In this document: piece after piece, positions 1 through 11,200 of the stretch
How positions within the stretch are numbered: the stretch's first letter is position 1
How the letters are laid out: every line of letters begins with the position of its first letter
Assembly: GCF_011745625.1 (NCBI RefSeq)
Contig: NW_027191452.1
Location: 868,001-932,000 of the forward strand
Source: Cladosporium halotolerans
Lineage: Eukaryota
Length of the DNA: 64,000 nucleotides
Direction: 5' to 3'
Program-made: the position numbers and the translations under genes
Notes under the pieces: generated by a model
Told to the model about the DNA's origin: nothing
Databases searched by the model: none
What the model saw: the letters and a program-made list of their open reading frames with translations, nothing else

Positions 1-776
1 AAGCGCCAAAAAGCAAGAAAAGGTTGGAGTGAAACAGTAGCTCTGGTTGCTGATCAGGGACTTCGGCGTCTGCCGTATTGAGTGGCCTGGATTACGAGCG
101 CTCCCAGCGTTACGCCCGCCTGTGTGATTGCTCGTTCTCAGCGTTTAGCGAAAACCTCTCCAGGACTGGCCTCAGGGCCGCGGTACTTGGCGGGGACGGA
201 CTGTGTCTGTGCCTCCACCTCCTTAGACGAAGTCCCCCCGAATACAGAGCGCGAGGCAGGGATCCGTGACCGGGGTCCTTCCTAGTCGGCGAAATCAGCT
301 CACGATTGAGGTTGGCCTCCATGCCTGTTCAGGAATTCGCGGGTCGTCTGCAGCTACAGCGTTCGCGCATGCCGTCCACCCGTTGCGAACGGACAAGCGG
401 ACCGAGAGATTCACCTTGCTAGTCCTCAGCACAGTCCTCTTGTCTGCCTCATGGCCTGGAAGTGCCACGCGAGCCATGCTCTACCGAGTTCTGTCGGCGG
501 CCTTAGCGGTCCAGAGCTGACACCCAAATCTTCAGTCAATGGCGTGCATCAGTCGATTGATCCGGTAGGCTACACACATCTCATCGGTCTCGACCCTTGC
601 CTGTGGGATCGTTTCCTATATCAACAAGGCCTTGGTACTCCCTCCTTGCTCCGATCATCCACACGCTATCGTTGCTTAGCATACACCGGCCTTCAAACCC
701 TCTCTTACTTCTTCGCAAGTCGGTGCAAGCGTCTCCTGTTACACTTCGACTACCACACACTCCCTTCTTAATCATA

Positions 777-2048
777 ATGCCTCACTCCATCCGCTCTGTT
801 GCCTCTTCGGCATCTCTCTCGCCTGAGAGCACCGCTCCTTCCAGTCCCAACTCCTCTCAGATTCTGGACGACTCCCTCTCTCTTGCCAACGATGTGCTTC
901 CCGCAGATGATGGCAAGCACTATGTCATGGTCCTCGGTGGCCTTGGTTACATCGGCTCTCACACCACCCTTGAGCTTCTCAAGGACGGCTACAACGTTGT
1001 TGTCGTCGACGACCTGAGCAACTGCTTCGAGGAGGTCCTCAACCCCATCAGGATCCTCGCCGAGGATTACTGCAGAGAGCAGGGCCTCATCATGCCCACT
1101 CTTCGATTCCACAAGATGGACTACAGGAGCGAGCAAATGCGTCAGCTCTTCCCCAGATACGCTGCCGCCAGGTCCTGTATTACCGGCGTCATTCACTTCG
1201 CTGCCTTCAAGTCGGTCGCTGAGTCCATCGAGCGCCCCCTCGCCTACTACCAGAACAACATCTGCGGACTCGTCGACCTTCTGGTCACTCTCCAGGAGAA
1301 CGGCATCAAGAACTTCGTCTTCTCCTCCTCTGCTACCGTCTACGGCGCTAAGGCCAACGAGGGCAAGCCTCTCCGCGAGGACGACCTTGTCCACTTCGAC
1401 GAGACTTACATCGATGAGATGGGCCAGGAGTGCCTCCGCATCAACGGCTCCAAAGGCCTCACCTGCCCTTACGGCCGCTCCAAGTACTTCGCCGAGGCCA
1501 TCCTCGCCGACCTTGCGAAGGCTGACCCTTCCATGCGCATTACCGCCCTCCGCTACTTCAACCCCGTCGGCTGCCACCCCTCTGGCATCCTTCGCGAGGA
1601 CCCCCGCCAGAAGCCCACCAACCTCTTCCCTGTCATCGCTTCCGTGATGAAGGGCAAGAAGCCCCAGCTCGAGGTCTTCGGCTCTGACTGGGAGACTCGC
1701 GACGGCACTGCCATTCGCGACTTCATCCACGTCATGGACCTTGCCCAAGGCCACGTCGCTGCCCTCGCCGCCGCGAAGGCGAATCCCAGCCGCGATTCCT
1801 TCAGGGCTTACAACCTGGGCACTGGCAACGGCATGACCGTTGCCGAAGTCATCTCCAGCTTTGAAAAGGCCTCCATGCAAAAGGTCCCTGCCGTTCTCGC
1901 GCCACGCCGCGCCGGCGATGTTGGCGCCTGCGTGGCCGCCACTCAACGCGCCGAGACGGAACTTGGCTGGACGACGGCAAAGGGCGTTGACGAGTGTGCC
2001 AGAGACACTTGGAACGCACTCAACATGCCGGAGGACTGCCTCGCCTAA
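777..2048 (+). CDS. uge3: UDP-glucose/UDP-GlcNAc 4-epimerase (GalE family, Uge3-like), ~423 aa, intronless
   Basis: ATG at 777 in the 597..2048 frame. GGLGYIG NAD-binding motif, HFAAFKSV, FSSSATVYG, YGRSK (YxxxK), LRYFNPVG, RDFIHV, RRAGDVGAC. Ser/Pro-rich N-terminal extension. Adjacent to sph3- and gtb3-like genes. Confidence 0.93.
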   Translation: MPHSIRSVASSASLSPESTAPSSPNSSQILDDSLSLANDVLPADDGKHYVMVLGGLGYIGSHTTLELLKDGYNVVVVDDLSNCFEEVLNPIRILAEDYCREQGLIMPTLRFHKMDYRSEQMRQLFPRYAAARSCITGVIHFAAFKSVAESIERPLAYYQNNICGLVDLLVTLQENGIKNFVFSSSATVYGAKANEGKPLREDDLVHFDETYIDEMGQECLRINGSKGLTCPYGRSKYFAEAILADLAKADPSMRITALRYFNPVGCHPSGILREDPRQKPTNLFPVIASVMKGKKPQLEVFGSDWETRDGTAIRDFIHVMDLAQGHVAALAAAKANPSRDSFRAYNLGTGNGMTVAEVISSFEKASMQKVPAVLAPRRAGDVGACVAATQRAETELGWTTAKGVDECARDTWNALNMPEDCLA

Positions 2049-4437
2049 ACTTGGCGAGCAGGGCTTCTCATCATCTAACGAACGGCGTTTTGGTCACATC
2101 TTGGGATGCTATTATTACTATTGGCACGGGTTCACGACGCTAGCGGGGATAGAAAAGCGGGCGTTTCATTTTTTGCTTCCCAGTACACACCAACCCACGG
2201 GTTGCGATTGCCTTCTCGTACCATTAATACCATGGAAACGAATCTTACATTTATTACCAATCACATCACTGGCGCTCCTTCAAAATTTACCTCGTCCGCC
2301 TCGCTCCGTTTCTCGAGATGATGACCTCAACCCCTCTCCTCAGCGTTGATCTGACGTCGAAACCCTGCAAAACCCTAAAAGCGCCGGTACCTGCCAAGCC
2401 GGTCTTCAGCGATCGCGGCAGCCAGCCGTGCCCAGCGGCGTGGCGCGGCACCTCGAGGTACTTGCACTACCGTACCGCGCAGGTACTATTTCCCGTGCCA
2501 AAGATCGCTGCAGATCCCCTGGGGCGCGACGCGGGACGATCTTGGAACTCGCGCGTCACTACGCCTGTTCGACCGGGGGAGGTGGGCGATGATCCCTCGG
2601 GACAGGACAGCAGGCAGCGCGCTCGCGTGAGTGCGAGCGCGGCACACACCGCGCTATGCTGCCGCTGTTGGGCCGCGCTTTCGTCGCTGCCGTCTCACGA
2701 TGCGTGGGGTTTTTTTTCCTTGCTTTATTTGCATTAATGTGCTGCATGCGGTGAGCTATGGCGTGAGCGCCGCGAGAAAAAATTTTCCTTCTCGCTCATC
2801 GAGTCGTGTCCGTGACGTTGCTGTCGTTGAGCGCCCCTGTGGTGGCAGGCGTAAATTTAGCGACGGCCGGTTTCCTGCTTTGCCATAGGGCGGGCGGGCG
2901 GGCTGCGCTGCGAAGGTATACGAGGCTTGAGTTACATGTAGGTGGACGCGCAGCGGGTTGCAGGGATTCGCTGGACTTGGACTGGCGAGTGGCTACGCGA
3001 GGTGCGGAGGCCACTATATTGGAGCTGCGCTTGGCGTGCGCCGGGGGCTGCGACGATAATAGGAGCAATAAATCACTTCGGCGGAAGCCAATGCAGATAG
3101 AGTGCGCAGGGAACATTGCGCAAAGCGCGCGCGCCATCGTTATTGTTGCTGACGCGAGCAAGCTCTGCGCGCGCGTTGCTGCAAGGAAGCTCGCGGAACA
3201 GAAGGGGGGTGTGGATGCCCGTTTTTGCCGCCAGCTGCTTGCAAGCGAGGTCTTGTCTTCCACTACTGTGTTGCGAGGTCCCTCGCCGCCACGGGGCGCC
3301 CTGTTCCTGCCCTCACCCGCAGAGGCAGCGCCTTGGTATTCAGGCTATTGTTTTGCGAAGCGTGACAGCGCGCGCTCGCAGCGTCGACCACTGTGGGCTA
3401 GACATGCAGAGTCGCCGCCCCGAGCGTCGAGCGTCGCTGCGGGCCCGTTTTGCGTGCTTTTGCTCTGCACCGTGCTCATGGCCGAGACCTGAAGATGGAG
3501 CTCGCGCGCAGTCCGCCCGCTCGTTTCTCCACGCCGCTAACGGCAGATCCGCTTCGTCGAAGGTCAAACGTCGAAGGCAAGGCACGCACGCGCGCTTGTG
3601 GCCTAGTTGGGAGGATCTGAGACGGGGGATCGGGATGGGGATTGCGAGCGAGCGCGCTACTTCGCGGGCCCGGCCCAACTGTTCACTCCAGCACAAGGGG
3701 GCCCACAGTATTGTACAATAGCGCTGTGATGTGATGGGAGGCCGTGCTCGAGGGCCTGGAGCTCGGCGGACTTGGCCTGCCTTCGTGCACGTGTTTGTTG
3801 CTAGTCAAGCAACACGCCACAACGTTTCTGCTAAGGCGGTGATATTTGTGCAGGGTGGAGATTGAAAGTGCGCTGAGCGCTTGGACGTGGGCTTCGGCGG
3901 ATGTGTGCGCTCGCTTACGCAGTATTGGTTTTTTTCTTCTTTCGCGTGCGCGTGGCGGCGATCGAGACGTGACGTTGCTGGACTGACTCGGTGGTGGAGA
4001 TGAGGAGGCTCGTGGGTCCGTCGGTTCCTTTTGCCAGTCTGAAGTAGTGCCGGAGTGACATCGAACAACGAGGGCGGCGAGGATTGTGAACGAACAGCTT
4101 GTGAATCACAGCCATGCATAATGAGAACAAACCGTGCATCGCTAGCATTATTACAATTACTCTGGCCCAGGGCCCCTAAGCTTTTGTCAAGACCTTCTCG
4201 AAAACCTGCGCGATTGAAAAACGATGAAGCCACAATTCTTGCCTGACGGGCGGTGCTGCTGCAAGGCCCCCAGGCCAACCATGCCGCTCGGTTCCGTCCA
4301 TCACCTTGCTTTGCCCGCGTCCCCGGCCCGGCCATACGGCAGTGGTAATGGTCATAGGTCATAGTGCTGTGGATCGTCTATTCCGTGAACCATACTCTGA
4401 GAGTTACGGCAGTGGTTTTTGTCAGCGCCGCATTCAT

Positions 4438-5470
4438 TCACTCGCCCATCGCCCGGATGAAGTCACTCCAGCTGTCGCCGAAGCCTTCGTAGTACTTCTT
4501 CTGCCGATCCGTGACGAAGATGTACTCCGCGCGCGGGCGCAGCTCGCGCACCACGGCTTGGACCTGATTGCGCGGGACCGAGTGCAGGATGTACGTCGCG
4601 CCGGATCGGGCGTAGGCGTCGAGCGCCGCCTGCTCGTTCTTGCCGCAGGCCCGGTAGCGCGCGTAGCTCTCCTCGAACACGGCCGTCACGTCGGGGCGCT
4701 CGCGCGTCAGCTGCTCGTCGGGTATTGTGCCTGGGTTGTGGATTACCTTTCCGTGGTCGTTAGCGGTGGCGCGGGGGATCTCATCTTAATCGAGGGGGGC
4801 GTCGACTCACCAATTTCCTGCCGAGGATGCCGGCGGTGCCCTTGATCTTCTCGCTCACTGAGTTGAGGTACGTGCCGATTGGGGCCGTCCACTCGTTGGG
4901 CGCTTCGTCCAGGAAGATGCCCTCGACGTAGATGCCGTTGCTGTCGTGGTCCTTCGACCAGCCGGCGTAGACCGCCACGTCATCGTAGACCTTCTCGATC
5001 GACCGCTTGCAGTACTGCATGCGCACGTAGCCGACCGTCGTCACGTTCTCCTTCGTGTTGAACAGCGGCAGCTCGCGCGAGTAGTTGGCATCGGGCGCAG
5101 GCGGCTCTCCAGGCCCGCTGTTGGGGTTGATGACAATCAGGAAATGCAGGTCCGGGTTGTTGTCGATCCTGGACGTGGCGTCAGCCCTGCGGAAACTTCG
5201 ACAAGGCGTGGCAGGCAGGCAAGGCAAGGCAGGCAAAAAGCACGAGCGCCATGCGGTGCGAGAGACTTACGCTTTGTGCAGCGGCTCCCATGTACTCTCG
5301 TCGAGAGGGTACATGTACAGCGGCACGATCACGGTCGACTTGGGCGGCATGTCGGATATTGCTGACTGCGGGCGCGAGGCGTTGGGCGTCAGGCCGGGCG
5401 ACACGCCGGGCGTGGAGGGCTTTGGGTTCTTGTTCTGGAGAATGCGGAGGAACTCTTTGAAGCGCCCCAT
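4438..5470 (-). CDS. Spherulin-4/GH135 (Sph3-like) glycoside hydrolase, paralog A, no TM or signal peptide; exons 5470-5271, 5168-4811, 4746-4438 (~288 aa; alternative ATG at 5350)
   Basis: Motifs VIVPLYMYP, VINPNSGPG, GYV, GIFLDE, IHNPG, VFEESY. Introns 5270-5169 (GTAAGT..GCTGAC..CAG) and 4810-4747 (GTGAGT..GCTAAC..AAG) restore the frame. Confidence 0.9.
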
Positions 5471-5864
5471 CGTCTGGTCGGTCGGTCGGTGGGTCCGAAA
5501 CGTCGCTGGCTGCGGAAGGGGACCGAGGACACGAACTCCAAAGTTCGCTGCGGCTGATGGAAGCGCACCTTCAGGTGAATTGTGGAAACGAGGAGTCGGC
5601 GCCTTGGTCTATTTTCTTCGTTGTGTCGCTTTTTTCAGGAGGCGTGGTTCCAGTGGGTAGTCGCGGCGGCGGCGCCACCCCTGCGACTTTTGGCATCTTC
5701 GACCCACGGTCTAGACGCGAGCTAATCTAGGAGCGCCTTCTTTCGCACAACTCCGCTACTACGAAGAACGATAAGCTTGAGAATGGCAATTGCGAGCTGA
5801 TGATTACAATGCTATATGCGGAAGGTACACTCTATCGCTCGACATTTCCCAAAGGCCTCTCAAC

Positions 5865-6850
5865 TCAAGTCGGCACCGCCTGCGTGAACTCCCTCCACCT
5901 TGCGCCAAACTTCTCGTAGTAATTCGAGCTAGACGTTGTCACGAAAAGGTACTCCGCGTGGCGACTGAGGTTATCCACGAAATTCTGAAGATTTTTCTTC
6001 GCTGGAACCGAGTGCACCATGAAGCTGTACTGAGAGCGGTCACCAGAGAGCGAGGTCAGGTCGTTCTCCAACGATCTGTACTCTTCGAAAGACTGCTCAA
6101 ACACGACCGTAATGTCAGTGGTGTTCAAGGCCAGGCCCTCGTCCGGTATGACACCCGGATTGTGGATGATCTTGAGTTTCGTTAGTCACGAGCCGGCGGC
6201 CGTTTGATGAGCTTCTACTTACTGTCTTGTCGCCTTGAATGCCGCTAGCATCTCTCACAGCGTCGTTCGCACGTTGCATGTACTGCGCAATCTCTGCCGA
6301 GTACTGGTACGGTGCTTCGTCGAAGAAGATGCCATGCATTTGAATGCCTTGGTTGCTGTCGGCCCAGCCAGAGAAGGTCTCTACATCACGGAGGACATCG
6401 CTGATGTTCCTGGTGCCGTAGCCGGTTCTGACGTAGCCGACTGTTCTCACGTTTGGGAACGTGTTCAGCCGTTGGATGGCAGGGAGGTAGTCATCGTTGG
6501 GCAGGGAGGTGTTGCCAGGACCACTCTCTGGGTTGACAATGATTGTGTAGTTGAGGTCAGAGGTGGTGTTGAGTCTATGGTCAAGTCAGGAGGCTTGCGG
6601 AACGCTTGTGTTCAGTTGCATGTGTGACATACGCGTTCCACAACGGCTGCCAGGCGTCGTTGACAGGATAAATGTAGAGCGGCAAAATGAGGGAGGAAGC
6701 CAAGCCTTTCGAGCTGTGTCGTCCGGATAGGATCACAGCAGTTGGGACGATGACAACGATCAGAACAACAAACACGACGACGGCGACGATGAGCCAAAAT
6801 CGACGTGACCGCTGTTTCTGCCGGTTGGCAGCACGTCGAGGCGCCTCCAT
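5865..6850 (-). CDS. sph3: Spherulin-4/GH135 (Sph3-like) glycoside hydrolase, paralog B, type II membrane anchor; exons 6850-6633, 6574-6223, 6170-5865 (~291 aa)
   Basis: Basic N-terminus then TM segment FWLIVAVVVFVVLIVVIVPTAVIL. Motifs ILPLYIYP, IVNPESGPG, GYVRT, GIFFDE, IHNPG, VVFEQSF. Introns 6632-6575 and 6222-6171 restore the frame. Confidence 0.9.
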
Positions 6851-8267
6851 GATCGGGTGTGAACGATGCGTTGGTCGAAGGGGCGATTTCCTGCTTCACC
6901 GCGAAGTATGCATGGGGACCGGCTCCTCAAACAGCACCACTGCAAGGCGCTTCACATACTCGGACCCTGATGGGCTGAGTGCGAGGACGATTATTGCCAC
7001 GCACGCTACGGCGGGCGGGAACAGTCGAGGCGGCGAGCTCAGCCATGGCCGTGAGACGTGCCATGAAAGTGCCACGATGGGCAGGCGTGCTCCGGCCGGG
7101 CGAGCCGCTGGGCCCAGGATCCTAGATTGGCGCACAAGCGTGGCTAGGTAGCATTCGTACTATGGCCGTATTTAGACGTGATCTCGGTCGGGATGCTCGC
7201 TCACTGCCAGATTGAGCGCTCGATGAGGCCGGGCGGCTTGGCGGCAGGGCTCGGTGCGCAAATCGTGTATTTCGTGCTATTCTGGCCCGCCGGCGAGTAC
7301 CACGCACCCATGATGCTGCGGGCGGATCAGGCGTGCCCACATGGCGGAGATGCCACCGCTGGGTAGATCGAGACACGATGCACGGCTGGTGCAGCACGAG
7401 TTTGCGTTGTGCTGGTGCGGCACTGGTGTCACTCGCGTGCAGGCGTGTGGTGAGGCAGCCAGGGCTCGCTGGCAGCTGCCGGGATACGAGCACGGCCGGG
7501 CGGCAGAATCCAGCGGGCGCAAGCCCAAGCGCCGCTCGGTAGGGCAGCTCAGGCACGGCCAGGCACCCAGGGCGGCGGCAAGCTCCAACTTCGCCAGGGT
7601 ACCAGGGCGCCAGCAACCGCCGAAGGTTCCTTAGCGCGCACGGCCGCAGCGGTAGCTTTTTCTGCCGCCCCGACGCTCGCCCGCCCTGGCCCATCCATGC
7701 CATCCTCCCGCGCGCGCCTGAGTCCTGCGTCTTCACTTGCCCAGCAGCTGCTCGTCGCCCCGGACCGCGCATCTGCCACCTGCAACGCGCCCGCCCATGG
7801 CTCCGTGCCCGCTAGCGGCGCCGATGCAGGCCACGGCGGGCCCTGGCCCAGCTGCCTGCGCTGCCCGCTGGCGTGCTCAAGCGAGCGATCACCACGCCGC
7901 CATGCTTGCCTCTTGCGCCTGCGCTCGATCGTGCGCCGCCCTCGACCGCGCTACCGTCGGCCAGCAGGCCTCGACGACCTCAGCCTCTGCGCCCCTCCGG
8001 CTCCCTGTCGGTCGGCCAAGCCCGTGCCTGCGGTCTGGGGCGACTAGCCACCCAGGGATTGTTCACTCGTGTCTTGAAGGTAGGTCGTGACTGCCTCTCA
8101 TATGTCGTCTTGCACCGCATTACCTCGCTGCTGGCGATCACCCGTCGATCCCCACGCGGACGCTGTCCTCCCTTCTACTCTTCTTCCTCTCCTTACCTCT
8201 ATCTAATCTCTTTTCCTTGCGTTGTCCATCGATCGTCACTTTCCGCCAACCCGACACATTCCTTGCC

Positions 8268-11200
8268 ATGGCGGAGGCAAAGTACCTTGGCCTGTCGGCC
8301 GTTGGCTGGCATGTCATGATCGATAACTGGTGGGACTTTGTAAGTCTGCGCGCAGCTCACGGGCATGCGAACGTCGCTCATGTGTGAATGTAATAGGTCC
8401 TTGCCGGTCTTGCACTTTTTGGCGTTGTTTCTGGTCTCATTTACGCCATTGTCGTGTTATTCCTAAAGATCAGACAACACCGCCGGACACGGAACGAACG
8501 AAGCAAGCCTCTCCCTAAGGCTACCGCACAATACTTTGAGGAGCTCAAGGCGAACACCCAGCCCTTTGGCCCTCCACACGATTCATCAAAAGCCCCGGCT
8601 TCCTTCGGCGTCTTCCTTGGAAACTTCTCCACCCCTCCCACCGAGAACCAGGCCTGTCTCCTCAAGACATGGGACCTCGTTGTTTTGGATCCCCTCCGCC
8701 CTGGCGTTCTCGAGGGCATTTCTACCTCAGAATGCACTGCCAGCCAGCGCGTAGGACGACTTGACGTCAATGCCGTCGTCGCCTTCGATAGAAGCTCGGG
8801 CAACCACGACGACTCTCGCGTCCTCAGCATTCTGGATTCCACCATTGCCACGAAATGGCGCCGCCCACAAGATACGCAGTCTCCATTCACCGGTGTCTTG
8901 CTTGCCAACTGGCAGTCGGAGATTACCCCAGTCGTTCTGAACGAGCTCATCAAATATCTGAAATCGCTGAACTTTGACGTGTGGCTTGAGGCTGCCCCTC
9001 CGGCTTACCTCACCGAACGTGAATGCGACGAGATCGACATTTCTCTCGTCCGCGGCATCATCTGCCGCAACGGTACCATCATGTACAACGGCGATCGCCG
9101 CAACTACTTTCAAATGACCGACATGCGCCGCACTCAGCGTGCGTTGGCGAAGCACATGTCGCTCGGCGGCAAAACCCTCATGATGTGGGAAACCATCGAC
9201 GACCAGGTGGAGTTGACGCACTCTGTCGTTCAGCGCAGCTTCAACTGGTGCCGCTTCAACACCACGGTTTCTTGGATCGGACCAGAAACGGCACTCAAAG
9301 ACGCCGACGTTGCGGCAGCCAGAAGTATCAAGGGCGAGCCGCTCGGAGCAATGATGTGGCTGAAGAGCAATGAAATCATGGCGGTACACAACACTTGGAG
9401 ACAGAACTTCCAGATCACTCAAGAGTCATCTGGCCACCAAGAGGCGCTCGAGTCTCTGGAGGACTTTGTGCCCAACCTGGCTTCCAGGTTGGCTGTCAAG
9501 CCTTCCAGCGACCCTTTCCGTGATGGCAGCCAAATCATCCTGAACGGCGATTTTGACGGAGCGCTCCCAGCGCAATCGCAAAAGGCACCTTTCTCTTATT
9601 CTGCTCGTGGTGAGGATTACACCGGTCTTGGTTGCTTCCAGCTTGGTCTTGACGCCTCCATGGAAGACTTCACTGAGTTCACCGAAGGCCAACGGCGCCT
9701 GAAAGATCTCAACCTGCTTGATCGTATCAAGCCTGAGAAGCTTCGCGAATTTGCGGAGAAGATCAGGGCATTGTACGACAAGGACCGAAAATCATGGGAA
9801 TACTCGCCCTATGACTCTCAAGCTGTCCGCGAGCTGGTCGAGCAGCTCAGCTCCGCTACCGGCACCGATGATGATATGCTGAAGGTCTACACCGGCATGC
9901 ACTCTGGTTTCCACCATGGCACTCACCACCAGTACTGGGGCCTGCACGATGTTGACCCGGTCACTGGAAGCACCGAGATCTACATTTCTCTCAAGACCAC
10001 AGACCGCGTCGGAACACTCCTTCACACTTTCCTGTCCAGCAGGCAATACACTCGTGCCCAATGTCTCATGGCCGAAATCAGCCTCGCTGAACAGACCGAG
10101 AGTCTGCACGAGAAGTGGCAGATGCCGGATCGTTTCGTGAAAGACCTCGAGGGCCTTTCATCTACTGAGCTGATCTTGCTCTCGCAGCGCCTAACATTTG
10201 CCAAGGACGAGGCCGTTGGCAACCTTCGCGCAAATGTGCTCGCACTGTGCGAGAACCGTCTCATCGACATTCCCACCATCCAGCAGCTCAGGGCACAGAA
10301 CACGAATCTGTATCTGCGCGATGAGATCTCAGTCGAGGCTCTGATCCAAGCTCGCCTTGCATGGTACCGGGACCGCGGTTGCCAGCATCCCGATGAAGCT
10401 TCAGCTATCTCGGTTTTCCGCGACGTTCAGTCACGCCTGGCTGGCGCCCTCATCCGAGCAGAGGCTCAGCACATCTCTCAGATGGAGACTGTCCTTCTTG
10501 AGATTATTCAGCCCGGCAAAATCGACGCCGCTGCTGATATTCTCGCTCTGTCCATCTTCTGTGCTTTCCGCAAGCTCGCGATTGAGGAGGTATATCTTGA
10601 GATCCTGGATCGCAACCCTCTCCCAAATGCGCAACCCGATCAGGCAGCTTGCTTCGCCGAAATGTTTGCACTTGGCTCTCAATGCGAGACTTATTTCGAC
10701 ATGACTTCTAACGTGATCGGACGTATTCTGGCCGACAAGCAGCAAGCTTACTACATGAAGCACCAGCCGCCTCACCGCGATGACAAGTCTACTGAGTTGC
10801 CCACTGCTTACGCCTCAACATTGGTCGATGAAGATCCTTCTTACGGCCAGGCGCCTCTGCCATGGTACTACCAGGTCACTTTCCTCGGTATTTTCGCTGT
10901 CCCTGCACTGATCGATATTTTGCTTTTGACAACTATTGGACGTGGTCTCTACTTGAGCACGTACATGAGCGACACCGAGAAAACCATGGCCACTGCTGGT
11001 CTGATGTTCGGTCTCCTCCTTACTGGCGCCATCGGTACCTGGATTGGTAACGGAGGCAGCTACTACCTCCACTCGATGGCTTTCCCCGTCATGAACATGT
11101 TTGTCATCACTCGCTTCATTGCGGGAACGGCAGTCTGTCTCGTTGTCGGCATTGGAGGCTTGATCGTCATTGGTATCATCAAGTCCTTCTACGGAGGCTT

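Noticed and set aside
597..776. N-terminal extension of the epimerase from the ORF-track start at 597
   Set aside because: Starts at TTG and reads like a pyrimidine-rich 5' UTR; ATG 777 has a good context.
2806..3721. 228-aa and 201-aa ORFs in the uge3/sph3 spacer as missing ega3/agd3
   Set aside because: Non-ATG starts, Arg/Ala-rich composition typical of GC-rich non-coding DNA, no GH114 or deacetylase motifs.
7122..8319. Multiple overlapping 100-200-aa ORFs between sph3-B and gtb3
   Set aside because: Expected by chance in very GC-rich promoter DNA; no codon bias or motifs.
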